Shown: positions 1 to 15,797, counted from the stretch's first letter. The stretch is 64,000 nucleotides of DNA from Chrysomallon squamiferum (GCA_012295275.1 CM022665.1:47430001-47494000), one strand, 5' to 3'. Notes: generated from the letters alone by a model not told the origin. Numbers and translations: made by a program.

Positions 1-177
1 CTGCCCTTTCTGACACGTTTCTATGGGAATGCATGTCAAAGGTTGTTTACGGGAAGGTTTGCATACAACATTTGTTTTCTGTTGTGCTAAATGACACTTC
101 ACCTCGCAGTGAGTTGAGATGAAGTAAGATTTAATTAGGTTGTTTTTAGTTGCAGTTTTTCAAGTGTTGGGTTATCT

Positions 178-545
178 AGGTGCTAAAGTATATAACACAC
201 ACACAGAACTGTCACAGATATAACACATATATCTCAGGTGCTAAGTATATAACACACACACAGAACTGTCACAGATATAACACATATATCTCAGGTGCTA
301 AGTATATCACACACACATAACACACACACAGAACAGGTCTAAGATATCACACACACAGAACTGTCACAGATATAACACATATATCTCAGGTGCTAAGTAT
401 ATCACACACACATAACTGTCACAGATATAACACATATATCTCAGGTGCTAAGTATATCACACACACACAGAACTATCACAGATATAACACATATATCTCA
501 GGTGCTAAGTATATCACACACACACAGAACTGTCACAGATATATC
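178..545. repeat. Minisatellite, ~56-bp unit, ~6-7 copies
   Basis: Unit AGGTGCTAAGTATATCACACACACAGAACTGTCACAGATATAACACATATATCTC starts at ~178, 236, 293, 388, 443 and 500, with a variant at ~335; internal (CA)n length varies. Confidence 0.92.
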
Positions 546-610
546 AAAAGCTTGTACGAGTTATCTTAACACCTGTGTGACTTTGATCATCAGCAGATAA
601 TCGTTTTATC

Positions 611-736
<126 letters not shown>

Positions 737-1537
737 GAAATAAAAAACGAAAAAAAAGTGGATTTCGTTTGATTTAATCCTGTTTTCTTTCTTTCGCTTC
801 GCTAAGTTTTGTGTACACACCTGGGGTTAAATGAGTGGAGGAAAAAAGAAAAAAGAAAAGAAAAAGTTTTCACTCAAACACTAATCTTATGGTAGACTGT
901 TCGATAACCTTAATTTGTGTTACGTCATAGAGACGTCGCGTCAAGAGTACAAGTGATACAGGCGAAAACATCAGGTGACAGTTACGTAATACACAGCTGG
1001 TGTGTGACGTCATAGAATAAGTAAAGACGGCAGGTTTATTTGCTCAACCAGTAATTATCATGAAGATTTAACAAAATTAACAGATGTACCTACTACCGAC
1101 TGATTCAACGATAACTATTATTATCTTTATTTTTTTAAATGCTTATCATTATTGTTTGTAGTAGTTGTTGTTGTTGTTGTTGTTGTATCCTTTGTCGTCT
1201 CTTTAACAAAACCGATCACATTCAAATAACTAATTAGTTAAGGTTTCCAAATATAAACTTTAAAGTTTATTGCTTCGACAAGTGGAGTAGACTGGTCTTT
1301 AATAATACGACGTGAATACATTGATCAGTTTTGTGATGGATAGCAGGCACACGCTTGTTTAGGGGCATCACCAGATTACGTTGATTATCTTTCTTTCATT
1401 AGCTGCATTTGTCAGATATCAGTTCTGACACTGTCAGTCAAAGTACTGTGTTAGTTACTACTCTGTTATTTTAAACGTTACTTCATTACAAATAAAACCT
1501 GACTGGATTTATAGTGTCTGTGAAACAGACATTACAG

Positions 1538-1586
<49 letters not shown>

Positions 1587-1830
1587 TGGCCAAATCATCT
1601 CTTCATTAACTGGCAGAATATACTTTACACCGTGATCTTCAAACAGTTTGTTCGCTGCACAGTCCCCACTGGACATAACTGTCCTTTGTTGTCAGCTTGC
1701 TGGGGAAACAATAACACGATTCTGCTTTGATGTCTGGACACTCACTGACCACGGTCTTTTGATGTTGATATTTTCTGTAGGTCATTCCAGCTTCTCTCTT
1801 TCCCCCACCTCTCTCTCTCTCTCGCTCTCT

Positions 1831-1875
<45 letters not shown>

Positions 1876-2097
1876 GCTCTCTCTCTCTAGCTCTCTCTCT
1901 CGCTCTCTCACACACTCTCTTTCTTTCTTTCTCTCTCTCTCACACACTCTCTCATTCACACACTCTCTCACACACTCTCTCTCGCTCTCTTTCTCTAGCT
2001 CTCTCTCTCTCTCTAGCTCTCTCTCTTTCTCTCACACTCTTTCTTTCTTTCTCTCTGTCGCACTCTCTCTGTCTGTCTCTCTTTCTCTCTCTCACTC

Positions 2098-2168
<71 letters not shown>

Positions 2169-3263
2169 GTCTCTCACTCCCTCTCTCACTCCACACCAGG
2201 TGTCTCACTATCTTCATTTTCACGTGAAGATCTTTTTTTTTTCTCAAATTTCCATTGATAGCAGATGGCGTCGTGAATGCTGATAAAGAATCATTAAACA
2301 AGATGATTTATTTTAATTTCTTCACAGAAGAAAAAACGCTTATCTAGCTTAGCTGCAGTGAAAAACGATCCAAACGGAAAAAAAAAAGTTTCAGATTCGG
2401 AATATAACTCGGCGCTTTATATTTCTCCTAATTTTTCCTATAATTATTATCTCAGACAGAGAGGTAGAAAAGACGAATAGAAACGTTATTTTTCAACGTG
2501 AAAAGCTTTCTGTAAATTCTCTGCACGTTTGGCTGAGCAGTGACAAAGAATTGTGAAATGTGGGACAAGTGAAATCCGCTGTGATGATTCTGTCATTAAA
2601 CAATTTTTATCACCAGATTAAAGGCAAAATGGTCGCTGTTGTTGTTCTTCGTGTTCCTTTGTCGACGTATTTGCGCTCTACATGAAACAAAACTATCAAA
2701 AAATAAAATAAAATAAATAAATTTAAAAAAAGGAAAAGAAATTAATGTCGCATGGGACAAATTGTGCTTGTTGTTATTTCCTCCCTTCACGAGGAGGCAC
2801 TTCACTATTGTATCTCTTTACTTCAACGTCTGCCGCGGTGCTGTTTTTGTTAACGTGCGATGTTGCAGTTTGATTCTCACCTGTGGGGTTTTCTCTTTAT
2901 TAAAGCTGTTTGTTAACCATTAAATAAAACTGACGGGTTTGTATGTATGTCTGTGTGTGATGTTGTGCATACGTCAGTTTTATTTCTTGTACTTTTATGT
3001 GCTGGTGGAATGAATACAGCATATGAGCCAGCTAATTAGTGTGTCAGTTAAATGTAGAACAAGAAAAAGAATGGTTGTTTTTGTTTTTCTTGTTGTTGTT
3101 GTTAGTTTTGTTAATTCGGTTTTTTTGAGAGAGAGCGAGATAAATATAGAGAGAAAGAGAGATAGATATAAACAGAAACGTGGACAGATATGTATACAAA
3201 CAGAAAGACCGATAGACAGAGAAAAAAAATTAGATATAAAAATTAATACACAGAGAGTGTGTG

Positions 3264-3373
<110 letters not shown>

Positions 3374-4065
3374 TTATTGTGTGTGTATTTTGTTTTAATT
3401 ACAGAGTGTATGTTTGCGTATCAGTCTGTTACCAGTTATGGTCTCTCCCTGGCAGGAATAACATACAAACGAAACTTGAAAAGGTAAAAAAAATTAATCA
3501 AAAAGGTTCAAGCACGTCTGACTTTGTCAGATCAGCTGCATGAGTTTAATTAACGTAATTATAATGTTTTCGTTGTCGGGCAGTAAACTGTTTTAAAGAG
3601 CCACTCACGAATGTAGACAGACGAGATTCAGCAGGCTGAGTTTGCTGTACTTGACGTTAATTGGTACATGTCGCATTACATTTTTTTTTTTTTATATAGA
3701 TCTCGTTTTAACAGATTCGATCAAGCTCAGATCGGTAATGGAATTGAAATGTGTATGAATGTAACGTGTGTATATATGTTTGTATGTATATAATGTGTGT
3801 GTGTGTGTGTATGTATGTATGTGTGTGTGTTTGTATGAATAAATGTATGTTTGTGTGTTTGTATGTATGTATGTATGTATGTATGTATGATTGTATGTAT
3901 GTATGTATGTATGAATGAATGTATGTATGAATGAATATATGTATGTATGAATGTATATATGTATATATGTATGAATGACTGTATACATAATCATGTTTGA
4001 GTGCGAGTACGTATGCCTGTTTATACACAGATACGTATGTTCATGTATTTGTATTTGTGTATGTA

Positions 4066-4110
<45 letters not shown>

Positions 4111-5772
4111 GCGATTTAGGAATTAATACTCTCTGTCCTATGTACGTTTGATTAGACTCTGCACATGTGCAACATTCGGGAAAGCTCTGGCACTGAAGGA
4201 CGAAGTCTAATCATTAATCTATATAACAAATAAAATATATACGCTTATATAAATGTATATGTATAAATGAATGTCTGTCTGTGTGTATGTCTGTAAACGA
4301 GGGTGTGTCTGTTGATACATATGAATGAACACATTTGTTATCTTGCTTACATTTTTTAGGATGATGAGTGAGAACACGTTACAGATATGTTCTTTTTCCT
4401 TCATTCTTCTTCTTTTTTTAAAAAAAATTTTCCTTCATTCTTCTTCTTTTTTTTATTCTTTTTTTTAAAAATATTATTTTTGTATTTATTAATTGAATTA
4501 AACGACTATTTCACTAATATTTTACAAAGGTTTGCTTGATTAATCCATGAAAGGTCTGCGTAAAAAGTGGGTGTGTAACAGGTTGAGGGGGGGAACCTCT
4601 GGGTACGGAGAAGGGCCTCAGACAGAAACACGTATAATACGTTACACAACTTTTGTGGTCGTTACACGTAAACAGCAAGGCCGCGCGACTAAGTGAAATG
4701 ATTAAGCCAGGCACCTGGACAATGTAAACTTAATGAGTGACAACCGCAAAGAACGGCAAACAACAGTTGATCGTTTACTCTGTGGCGGAAATAGTCTGCG
4801 CGACCGGTAACGCGCCCGATAAAAAGGAAAAAAAACAGGTCTCGCCATGTTGTTTTCGTTCGCGTTAGTTAATTCTGACATTACGAGTGGAGAACCGGCT
4901 AAAAATAGACTCTCTGCAAGCAGCGAGTTTCCCACACTCGGATGCTGCTCAGCTGACACGAGTACGTCGCCGCAGCTGCTGTAAGCAATACAGGTGTCGT
5001 TTTTTTTACCTTGGCATTCTCAGAACAGAACCGTTTTGGAAACTTCAGATGTTTTTATATGTCTGTAATCTGTTCTTTTTTTAATGGGAACAAGAAGAAG
5101 AAGAAGAAGAAGAAGAAGAAGAAGAAGAAGAAGAAGAAGAAGAAGAAGAAGAAGAAGAAAACGATGATGATGATGATGTTGAAAAAAAAAAAAAAAAAAT
5201 AATAAATAAGTAAATAAATAATGATAATGATAATGACGACGGCGATGTTGATGATGATGATGACAGCGATGTGTTTATAGCTGCATTTGCAGAATGTTGT
5301 TTATTTCAACGAGTTTCGTTACGTGACGCACGCATGCACGCACATGCACAGAGTCGCAAGCACATGCAAGGCATTACAAATAAACAACTGCAGTAGCGTG
5401 TTTATTTGTTTAGATTCCTTTGTCTAGTTTCAGAAATATGATCAGATAGCCAAGTTTGGTTCCCTCCGAGAAACCAACGTGTTTTTCTCTTGTTTGTTTC
5501 ATCCAAGTTTTCCGTAACCCACTTTTCTAAAGTACATCGTGCAAAACACAGAGAAGCCAGGTTTCTTCTTCTTCTTCCTTCTTCTTCTTCTTCTTCTTAT
5601 TATTATTATAGTTATTATTATTATTATTCTGTTTATAGCTGGTATCAATAATCGTAGTCGTGTCAAGGGTTACTCAACATGTTTAAAGCAAAGTGATTTA
5701 AAATACTTTTTTTTCTTTGGTTATTTCATTAATTAAGACTAGTGAATGAATTATTAAACAACTGTTAAGATA

Positions 5773-5831
<59 letters not shown>

Positions 5832-6602
5832 GAAAGAAAGATAGAAAGAAAAACGAAAAAATAAAAGAAAATTTTAATAAAGAAAAAAGAAAAAAAGAAG
5901 AAGAAAGAAAAAACAAAGAGAAGAAATTACTGAATTTATTAAATAGCAATTAAAACCAGTGAAATATTAACACAAATGGCTGTCAACCGGTTGACCCATG
6001 ACTTCAGGTGCTACCAGTCGTAAGATCAAACCTTAACCGAGCTCAGTAAGTCTTTCATTCATCTAATCACTTCTGCATTTCAAGACGAGATAAATATTGT
6101 GACAAAGTGTTTGTTTGGTCAGGGTGCTTGCCGTTGTTGTGATATCACCTGCTTCACGAAGTGATTCTGTTATGTCCGGTCCTGCACCTTTCACGGTCAA
6201 TATTTTGAGACGAAAACGAGGCTGACTGAACGCGAACAAAGAAGGTAACAACTGACTGGTTATTACGACAAGCCTGATAAACCGCTGTAAAGAAACGCCA
6301 TTGATAGGGGAATGACGTAGTCGGACGACTTTTCATTCAGTTTATCAGTTTGGTGTTTACCAGGTTTTTGTAATTCTTTGATCTGTTCAGGTCGTTGAAT
6401 GTAACGTTACGTAACATTGTAACAGCTGTTTAATGTAGGGAAGATCAACGGAGAATTAATTGCGTAACGAACAGAAATGCTGTGACGTCATCGGCTGTTT
6501 AAGATGACGTAATAATTGCGAGGTTGTTTAAAGTAAATCTGACAAAACTGAAATGGACGACATTAAATTATTATTATTGTTTTCCTTTTCCTTTTTTAAA
6601 TA

Positions 6603-6704
<102 letters not shown>

Positions 6705-6899
6705 CTATTGCGAAATGTCTTGAAACAACACAGCAGTACTTTACCAGATAACTTACTAAAGCCAGATGTCGACATTTTCTCTATCTCTTTACACCACTGA
6801 ACTCTTGTGTAGTTTTAACCTACTACTGTAACCTGAATGATATGAAGCACGTATGTAGTGGACAAACAATCATGTTACCGTGGTTACCTATCTAGACTG

Positions 6900-7378
6900 T
6901 ATTACATTAAATCACCTTAAGTATATCCTAGAACATATATATATAGGCCTGTATACAAATATAATATAGAACTAGAACCAACATAACCTAGAACAAGCTA
7001 GGCAACTGAGAGCAAATAACCTAACATGTATAGTAAAAAACATATAGCCTAAAACACACAAAGCTAGATCATATATAGCCTTGAACATATAAAGCTAGAA
7101 TATACTAGTATATAGCTTAAAATATGCTTTGCTTGGAATTAATGACTGGTCATATACATTAGAACATCTACATACTATAATATGCACAGTCTAGAAAGCT
7201 AGAATGTATGTTGCCTAAATCATACTGAGCCTGGAACATTTAGCATGGAACATTATTATAACGTGGATCAGTTAGCCTAGAATGTACAGCCCTAAATATA
7301 TACTGGAGAATATTTTTATATAGTTTTGATATCCATATCATAGAACATAATATTGTATAGAAGATATAATTTAGAACA
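6900..7378. repeat. Highly degenerate short-period satellite (TAGCCTAGAACATA-like), resuming at ~7850-7980 after the transposon relic
   Basis: Recurrent CTAGAA/TAGAACA cores roughly every 20 bp on both sides of the mariner fragment. Confidence 0.55.
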
Positions 7379-7821
7379 ACAGGGGGGCTTTGACTCTGCT
7401 TTTCAGGAAGCCGCACAGAAAGAAGTCACAGGGTGTCAAATCTGGAGGTCCTCGATGACTTACCCATCTATCAGCGAACTTGTGATTAGCATAATGTGAT
7501 TGTTTTTTTTTCCAACAAGATGGTGCTCCTCCACATTAACAGTTAGAGGAACGTACAAGGAATGCGTGCAGTCTTGTTGCAAGGGAGATGCTGATCGGAG
7601 TTGGAGAGGAATGCTTGAAGAGGTGGGCAATGTGTCTCGAAAAAGAAGGCGTTCACGTTGAAGTCTACGGAGCCTAAGAAAACAGAAGATGAGGGATTTT
7701 TTCATCATGGGACAAACTGTAGAAGTCTACAGAAAGTTCACGACTAATTTTGTTCAAATCCGTAAAGTAGTTTTCATTTAATTAAAACTTAAAAGTGTAG
7801 CGGGACTTTTGAATGACCCTG
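7379..7821 (+). mobile_element. Degenerate, internally rearranged Tc1/mariner-superfamily DNA transposon remnant
   Basis: + strand 7510-7536 encodes FQQDGAPPH. + strand ~7540-7677 encodes QLEERTRNAC...EML...KRWAMCLEKEGVHVEVYGA*, a typical transposase C-terminus. - strand ~7495-7392 encodes HYANHKFADRWVSHRGPPDLTPCDFFLCGFLKSRV (SPDLTPCDFFLWG motif). TIR-like end ...TTTTGAATGACCCTG at ~7807-7821. Confidence 0.85.
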
Positions 7822-8790
7822 TGTGTATATATATATCTTTAACGTGTTATTTAGAATATGTTGTTTAAAACATCTACAGTCTGGTCTATATATAACCTCT
7901 AGAGCATAATACATAGAACAGGTATACACTGCCAGGAATAAATAGCATTGGACAGCATTATATCATAGATCGTATATAAACAAGCTTCACAAAAAGAAAA
8001 AACTTATCTAGATAAACAAAATCGTGTTTATCACTAACGGAGCCATCTGAATGAAATCACGGGTGTTTTGGTTATAATGAAATAAATCTCGCGATATTCG
8101 AGAATTCTGACATTTTCGTTCTTTTCCTGAGTGTCTATGACGTCACGCGTGACACGGGGAGTTTAAACTAATGGTTACAGCAACAATGTTTTATCATCAG
8201 TGCTTGAGTTGTTTTCGTTTTGCGTTCCAGGTTAGAGTTAGTTTTTTTTTTTTTGTTCTTTCGTTTCTCGTTAGACTGTTTAATTTTGACGTCAGAACTT
8301 TTTTTTTTTTTCTTTTTTCTTTTTTTTCATCTTTTATGGTAGAATATTTTTTGGTTATTAAGTCTCTGCTCAGAGTTGATTTTGTTCCAGTAATCTGATT
8401 AAAGCAGCTTGTTGTTCGTTTCATTTTTGTTAGAGCAATTTCTGTTCTTACTTCTCTTGTCAGAGCACTCTTTTCCCCTTTACATTTCCGGTTAGAGCAG
8501 ACGACATGTTTTTTTGTTTGTTTTTTTTTGTTTTTACACTAATGATTAAGAGTTGTTTGTTCTTTCGTGTCACCATGTTTCAACTGGATCACACAGTATT
8601 CATACAGGAATTGTAATAAAAATATTCTCTGTACTGAGATGATTGATGCGAAATGCTTTGACATTAACGCACTCAAAGTCGTCTCTTATTAAAAATTTTA
8701 GAGAAGAAAAAAAGAAAAGAAAATTGACATTTGAAACATGTAATTTAAGAGTTACTGAACATAAATAAATAATGACGAGTTCCAAGGAAT

Positions 8791-8886
<96 letters not shown>

Positions 8887-9480
8887 CTAATAAATAAAAT
8901 AATTTCATAGGTTTATATATATATAATTTTCTGTTTCTTGCAGATACACACGCACACACGTACAGACAATCACACATTTTATCTTTCTTCTTCATTCTTT
9001 CCATACATTCATTCATTTATTAGCTGTCTAAATTATATGTTTAACCAAACAGTGGTAGTAGTAATAATAATAATAATAATAATAATAATCATGGTAATAA
9101 TAGTACACTAAAAAGCCGAATGAGACCTATATAACACCAACAGTAAAATATCAAAATAATATTAATATAAAAATGTAAAATAATAAACGTAAAAACAAAA
9201 CAACAAACACAAATAAACAGGTTTGAAGATTACAACTATAACAAACGTCTAGTTTTATATCTTTGCAAATGTCTAGTGTCTCTGTGACATTTTTATTATT
9301 ATATTTATTTAGGTTTTATTTTATCCTGATTTTTAAAAACTGAGGTCGAAATGTTCGATACGTGACACGTGACAGCGTGGGTGGCTGTGAACTAGGAAAC
9401 AGTGATTAATCACAAACATCACAAACATCACAACACATCGATAATTTATCTACCAGACCCGTCAACATAGAGCAATATTC

Positions 9481-9539
<59 letters not shown>

Positions 9540-9633
9540 AATAATAATAATGATGATGATAATAATGATAATGATAATAATAATAGTAATAATGATAATA
9601 ATAATAATAATAATGATAATAATGATAATGATA

Positions 9634-9667
<34 letters not shown>

Positions 9668-9703
9668 CAATAATAATAATAGAAATGGTAGCAGTAGTAG
9701 TAA

Positions 9704-9738
<35 letters not shown>

Positions 9739-10264
9739 ATAGTAGTAGTAGTAGTAATAAATAAATACATTTTATTTTGTTTTATAATATTTTATTTATT
9801 TTTTATTTATTTATTTTTCTGTATTTACATATATATATATATATATCATGCACACTATTTAATTACTCGTTTACTATGATATATACAATGAAGAGTCTGT
9901 TATGACAGACTAACAATGTTATATGCGATACAGATAATTAGACAGAGAGATGTATTCACCACTTATCTATGTCTGACTTTCTTAAACTGTCTGAGCCAAG
10001 CGTTCTGTGGCTGGCTTGGGTTTAGTTTTGTAACAAACTGGTTAAATTCTCCACTTTCTGACTGCTCGGGGAATTCCGTGTGTCCGGTAACCGGTCAGGG
10101 ACAGTGGTCAGTTTAAAACACAGCTGTAGATAAGAGGGTCGGTCACTCCGTTTAGCTGGCTGAATGTGACCTTCAAAACACAATAACAGGTAATAATGGG
10201 GAGTGTGTACTGGTGTAAGGAATGAACGGTTAATATTTTTATTTTATTTATTTATTTATATTTA

Positions 10265-10346
<82 letters not shown>

Positions 10347-10971
10347 ATACAATTAAAAAGGACGTACAAACTCAAGCACAGAGAGAAAGAGAGAAAGAGT
10401 AAGAGAGAAGAGACAGTTATAAAACTAACAACGAGATACATACAGAGATAGTGAAGAGAGAGAGAGGGGGGAGAGAGAGATTGAGAGAGAGAGAGAGACA
10501 TAGAAAGAAAGCAAGAGAGAGAGAGAGAGGTAAAAGTGACACACACACACACAGCTGAGTACAGTAAACTTGACTTGATGAATCAGTTCGCGTGTAACTC
10601 CCAGGGTCTGAATACACACACAGAGATATACAATCATACGTTTATCAGAGGTATTCCTAGTGCAACGACAGCAACAGCAACAACAACAACAACAACAAAC
10701 TACGGCGACAACAGCATTCTTTTGCTGATAACCTAGATGTGTTGAAATGCCGCACTGAACACCTGTCGACCTCACTCGCTGACGTGTCGACGTCTGCACG
10801 TCGACAGCTGAGTGGATCGCGACGACGTACGACCGAGTGGACGTCGTTGAACACAATCGTCTTTCAGCGACCCGACGGCGCCGTCAGAAAAGGTGTTTGC
10901 GTTGTCGCGTGTTACAAGCGCAGCTAACAAGATAACAAATAGCACAGTGCGGCCCGGGTCGAAATGTCTGC

Positions 10972-11021
<50 letters not shown>

Positions 11022-11234
11022 TATATTTATATATGTTGTTTTTACTTATTATTATTATTATAATTTTTTTAATCAAGTCAGTGAGAACTGTTCAGGTTTT
11101 CTGTTTCACTGACAGGCGCGTAGTGACACAAACAGATGTTTCGTTCACGGGAAACAAAAGCTCATCAACACCGGGTACACGAGAGACTAGTCCGAAAACA
11201 AGGTCACAGAATATATAAATAAATAAACATAAAA

Positions 11235-11265
<31 letters not shown>

Positions 11266-11941
11266 ACATGAAAAAAAAATAATAATAATAATAATAATAA
11301 TAATACAAAAAAAAAAAAATACAATATAGTTCTGAAATCAAGGACACAGTATATATTAAATAAACAAACAAGAAACAAAAAAAGAAGAAGAAGAAGAAAA
11401 AATTACAATACAGTTCTGAAATCAAGGTCACAGAATACATTAGTCAATTAACGGTTAAAAAGAAAAAGATAAAAAAATGCAGACAAAATAAATCCCCAAA
11501 CAATATGAAAAAACAAAGTACTTATGCAAAATCCTTTTGTTTATCACTTTGTCACACACAAATATTTAAGGTATGTGATGGCGCTTATGTACAATCAAGA
11601 TACCAAAGTGCTTATATCCCATAGCGCCTGTATCAGATAGCTCCTGTATACCATAGTGCTAAAATACCACACCATAGCGTCAATGAACGAACAGTAGTCA
11701 GTGACAAACATTTTAAAACTCATGTAATTTACGACTATAGTTAAAGTACGCTGTCTGTATTCTTCGCTGCTTTGACTGTCAGACTTAACCACTGCGTCAT
11801 TTGTTCTGACTGTCGAACAAACGAGGAACCACAGAGCCGCGTGTTTTGACTGTCAGACTGATGACTTAACTGTAGCGTCAAATGTCAACCACTGAAATGG
11901 TACCTAGGTGAAAATGTTAACGTTCATATATTTCTCAAAAT

Positions 11942-12004
<63 letters not shown>

Positions 12005-12104
12005 GAATACATACATACATGACTGTGACTGTATAAAAAAAAAACCTCTGTAAAATAAAATTTCGTTTAACAGTAACAGATTATTATTTTCCTTTATGAA
12101 GTAT

Positions 12105-12174
<70 letters not shown>

Positions 12175-12321
12175 GACGAAGAAGACAAAGAAAAAAGTGA
12201 CGTAAATCTGTCATCTCTATTTAAAAATTAAAAAAATATGCTGTAGAAAGTTTTAACAGGAAACATTAATTTTGCTATCATCGACAGTCACGTGACGAGG
12301 GTCACAGAGGTGGGAAACTTT

Positions 12322-12399
12322 GTACTCGGTGACTGGGCGTCGGCTTAACTCTTGTGATAGATCGTTCTTCTGATACCTGAGGGTCCTGAGATCAATTCT

Positions 12400-12402
<3 letters not shown>
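12322..12402 (+). mobile_element. Possible decayed tRNA-derived SINE head followed by (GA)n
   Basis: Weak A-box-like (TAACTCTTGTGATAGA) and B-box-like (GTCCTGAGATCAATTCTC) segments at tRNA-like spacing; no cloverleaf. Confidence 0.25.
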
Positions 12403-12481
<79 letters not shown>

Positions 12482-13184
12482 GACAGCGAAAAGACACCAA
12501 CACTCTTACTACAACCATATAAAATATATTTATTTATTTATTAATATTATATATACATATATATAAATATATAAAATGGGGAAAAAAAGAAAATAGAAAA
12601 TGGAAAAAGAAAATGAAAAAGAAAAGATAAGAAAAAAAAAGAAAGAAAAAAGGAATGGAAGCGAAACGTTAAACAATGTAACACATAAATTATACGGTGA
12701 CAAGCTGACTGTCAGTGACGTCATGTTTCTGTCATGTAACTGTCTCAATTATGGGTGGTTACAAATACTTGCTGCAATAAAGTCTCACTTCCAAAATAAC
12801 AACGTGTCACGTGACACTCCCTATTTAGCTCTCGTATTTCCGGTAATCAAGCTTTGTGACGGAGGTGATATATTTTAAAATATATATATATGCAATGCTT
12901 CACATTCGTCGTCACAGTGATATGTTACGTCATGGTACTAAAATGGTGATTTACACCTCAGGTGATTATGCGTGTGCTATTTTTAGCAGACTGTCCCCAA
13001 AACTGAACAGTTTAGTGCACATTGGGTACGAACTTCAGTGTGTTCAGTTTTGATATTAAAAACATCGCCATAACATACCGATTTTTAAACTATTTCATAA
13101 TTAAAAAAATATACCAGTTACACTATATTTCAAAGAAATGTATTTATTTATTTATTTCTACTACTGCTACTATTGCTGCTGCTG

Positions 13185-13229
<45 letters not shown>

Positions 13230-13882
13230 TTGCTTCTATTACTACTACTACAACTGTTACTGCGACTACTACTACGAGTACTACAACTATCACTGCTACT
13301 ACTACTACTGTCATTATTACTATCACCATGCTTATTTTTTATTTATTTATTTATTTATTTATTATTGTTGTTGTTGTTGTTATTAAGGTATGTGAACAAG
13401 CAAGTATTATTATGGTCGTTGTTGTAGCTGTATACTAAAAGTACATTCGTCATCTGTTCTGAAACCGGGACAAAGTTATCTTTCAGGACCAGGACTCAAT
13501 TATTTACCTGTAACTGTGTCAGTAGGTCATCCAGTATCACCTGTACATTGTCACCTAATTAATTTTACCTTTCAGGTAAACGTGATTCTCCTCCTCTCCA
13601 TGACTCTGTGAAATGTTATCACTGCTTTGTTCCATGGGAACGGCGCGTGACGTCACAGATCATATTACGTAGGGTAGGACAAACAATCAGAACTGTGTTT
13701 AACGTGTACACACCCCTGCCGATATATTATACAATTTAGAAGTTTATATATTTATATAAGTTTAGTTTATTGGTTTGTTTGTTTATTTAATTTTAGTTGT
13801 TATTGTTCTTGATGCTGTAGTTGTTGCTTAGTTAACGAATTTAGCTTAATTAATTTACTTCACGTGTACACTGTTAAATTAT

Positions 13883-13927
<45 letters not shown>

Positions 13928-14071
13928 GTATTTTAGAACGTCTCTGTCAAGAGCTTATAATCACAGAACGTGGATTATCTGCACTTGTGTTATTTTAGAA
14001 GATTAAATTAGAGAGATCTGGCTCTCTTCTCAATACCTGGTAGCGAACCCATTGTCTGCTAACAGTCGGTT

Positions 14072-14107
<36 letters not shown>

Positions 14108-14681
14108 CATTAAACACACACGCATACACACACATACCATTAAACACACACGCATACACACACAAATACAAACGCCGCGTAAACACATCAAAGAATTTCT
14201 CGTTGTCAAAAACAAAAATTTCACAAAATGCTGACGCTGCATAGTGCGGAATAAGGAAACTGGCGTAAACACGACAATGTCGAGCAACATATTTTCACCG
14301 CCGGATTCTCACGTAAACGTGTAACCTCTGGATGACACGGCGTTCTATTTGCAGCCGCCATCAGTGTCACGTGCAATTATCGTCAGCCGCACGTGCATTC
14401 AGTGATCGGCGTACCTCTCTGGAAGTGTTGGGTGCCAAAGTCGGTGGAATTCGTAGACATGTTGTTTTGATTACTCCGCCGAGTTTGTGCCAGTGTCACG
14501 GGTCTAATAATAACTTGTTTAATCGAGTTGCTCTGATCTTTCAACAGGTAGGCTGTGGGATCAAAACTCCACCTAACCCCCTGTTCTTCCATAGTATAAT
14601 GCTTTTGTTAATTTGTTAGATTGAAGGACAGACAGAAATACTGTTTTCTTGTGAAACTCGGGCCAAATTTGTTAGAACGAT

Positions 14682-14734
<53 letters not shown>

Positions 14735-14941
14735 TGATTGATTGATTGATAACCGTATATCAAACCCCTTAACTGCCTCACAAAGATCTGTCTCCCGTTC
14801 CAGACAATGTCTCATTGCATGATTATCGAGGAATGTGTTATTCTCATTGGGAGATGTTATTTCTGTAATAGACACAAGTGAAAAAAAAATAATAATTAAA
14901 AATAAATGAATGAATAAATAAATAAATAAATAATAATAATG

Positions 14942-14987
<46 letters not shown>

Positions 14988-15764
14988 CAACAAACATACA
15001 AACAAACAAACAAATAAATAAATAAATAAAAGAAGAAAACCAATAATAAAAAATTGTTGAAACAGATTTTTGACATCCAGTGGTTGATAATAAAAAAAAC
15101 ATAATCAGTATTCGCCAGTAATAATAACAATGATATGTAAATTCACGTTTTGACTATGAACATTTAAACCACCTCTGCAATACGATACATACACAGAACA
15201 GAACACACTGTTTAAAATAAAATAACTTAAAATAAAACAACATTTCGAGATAGGTGGGGGCAATATTTAGGTCAAACCCATGGCACCTGTAAATAAAGTC
15301 ATATGAACTGGTCGTTACTGCTGAACACAAGTACTGGATTTACTAAAAATAGCTCTCAGGTACAAACAGGTCATGCTGAAAAAAAAGAAAAAAAAAAGAA
15401 GAATAACAAAGTGAAAAATGAACGAACAACTAGTAGAACAGATTTAAACTGTCTTTGTCTAGGAAATATACGCAACCTGTGCTTAATAATTTTTTTATTT
15501 TTTTATTTATTTTTTTATTTTTTTCTTAAACTGACGAATTTAATGTGAGATAAAAATCTTATTTCAATACACTTTGAGAGACAAAGAAGTGACTTTTACG
15601 TTTTAATACACTAGCTTCGTGTGACGTCACAGATCAGTTGTCCGCCATTTCTCCGCCATTGTTTCTTTGTTGTTACTAGTAGAAACATGACTTGGATAAC
15701 AGCCAGGCTTAGCTAAAGAAGAAAAAGAAAAAGAAGAAAAATTGTATGAATTGCAAAAATTCAT

Positions 15765-15797
<33 letters not shown>

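Noticed and set aside
9980-10030. Possible pre-miRNA hairpin (CCAAGC...GCTTGG)
   Set aside because: The stem is short and mismatched, and I recognise no conserved bilaterian mature miRNA here or elsewhere in the window.
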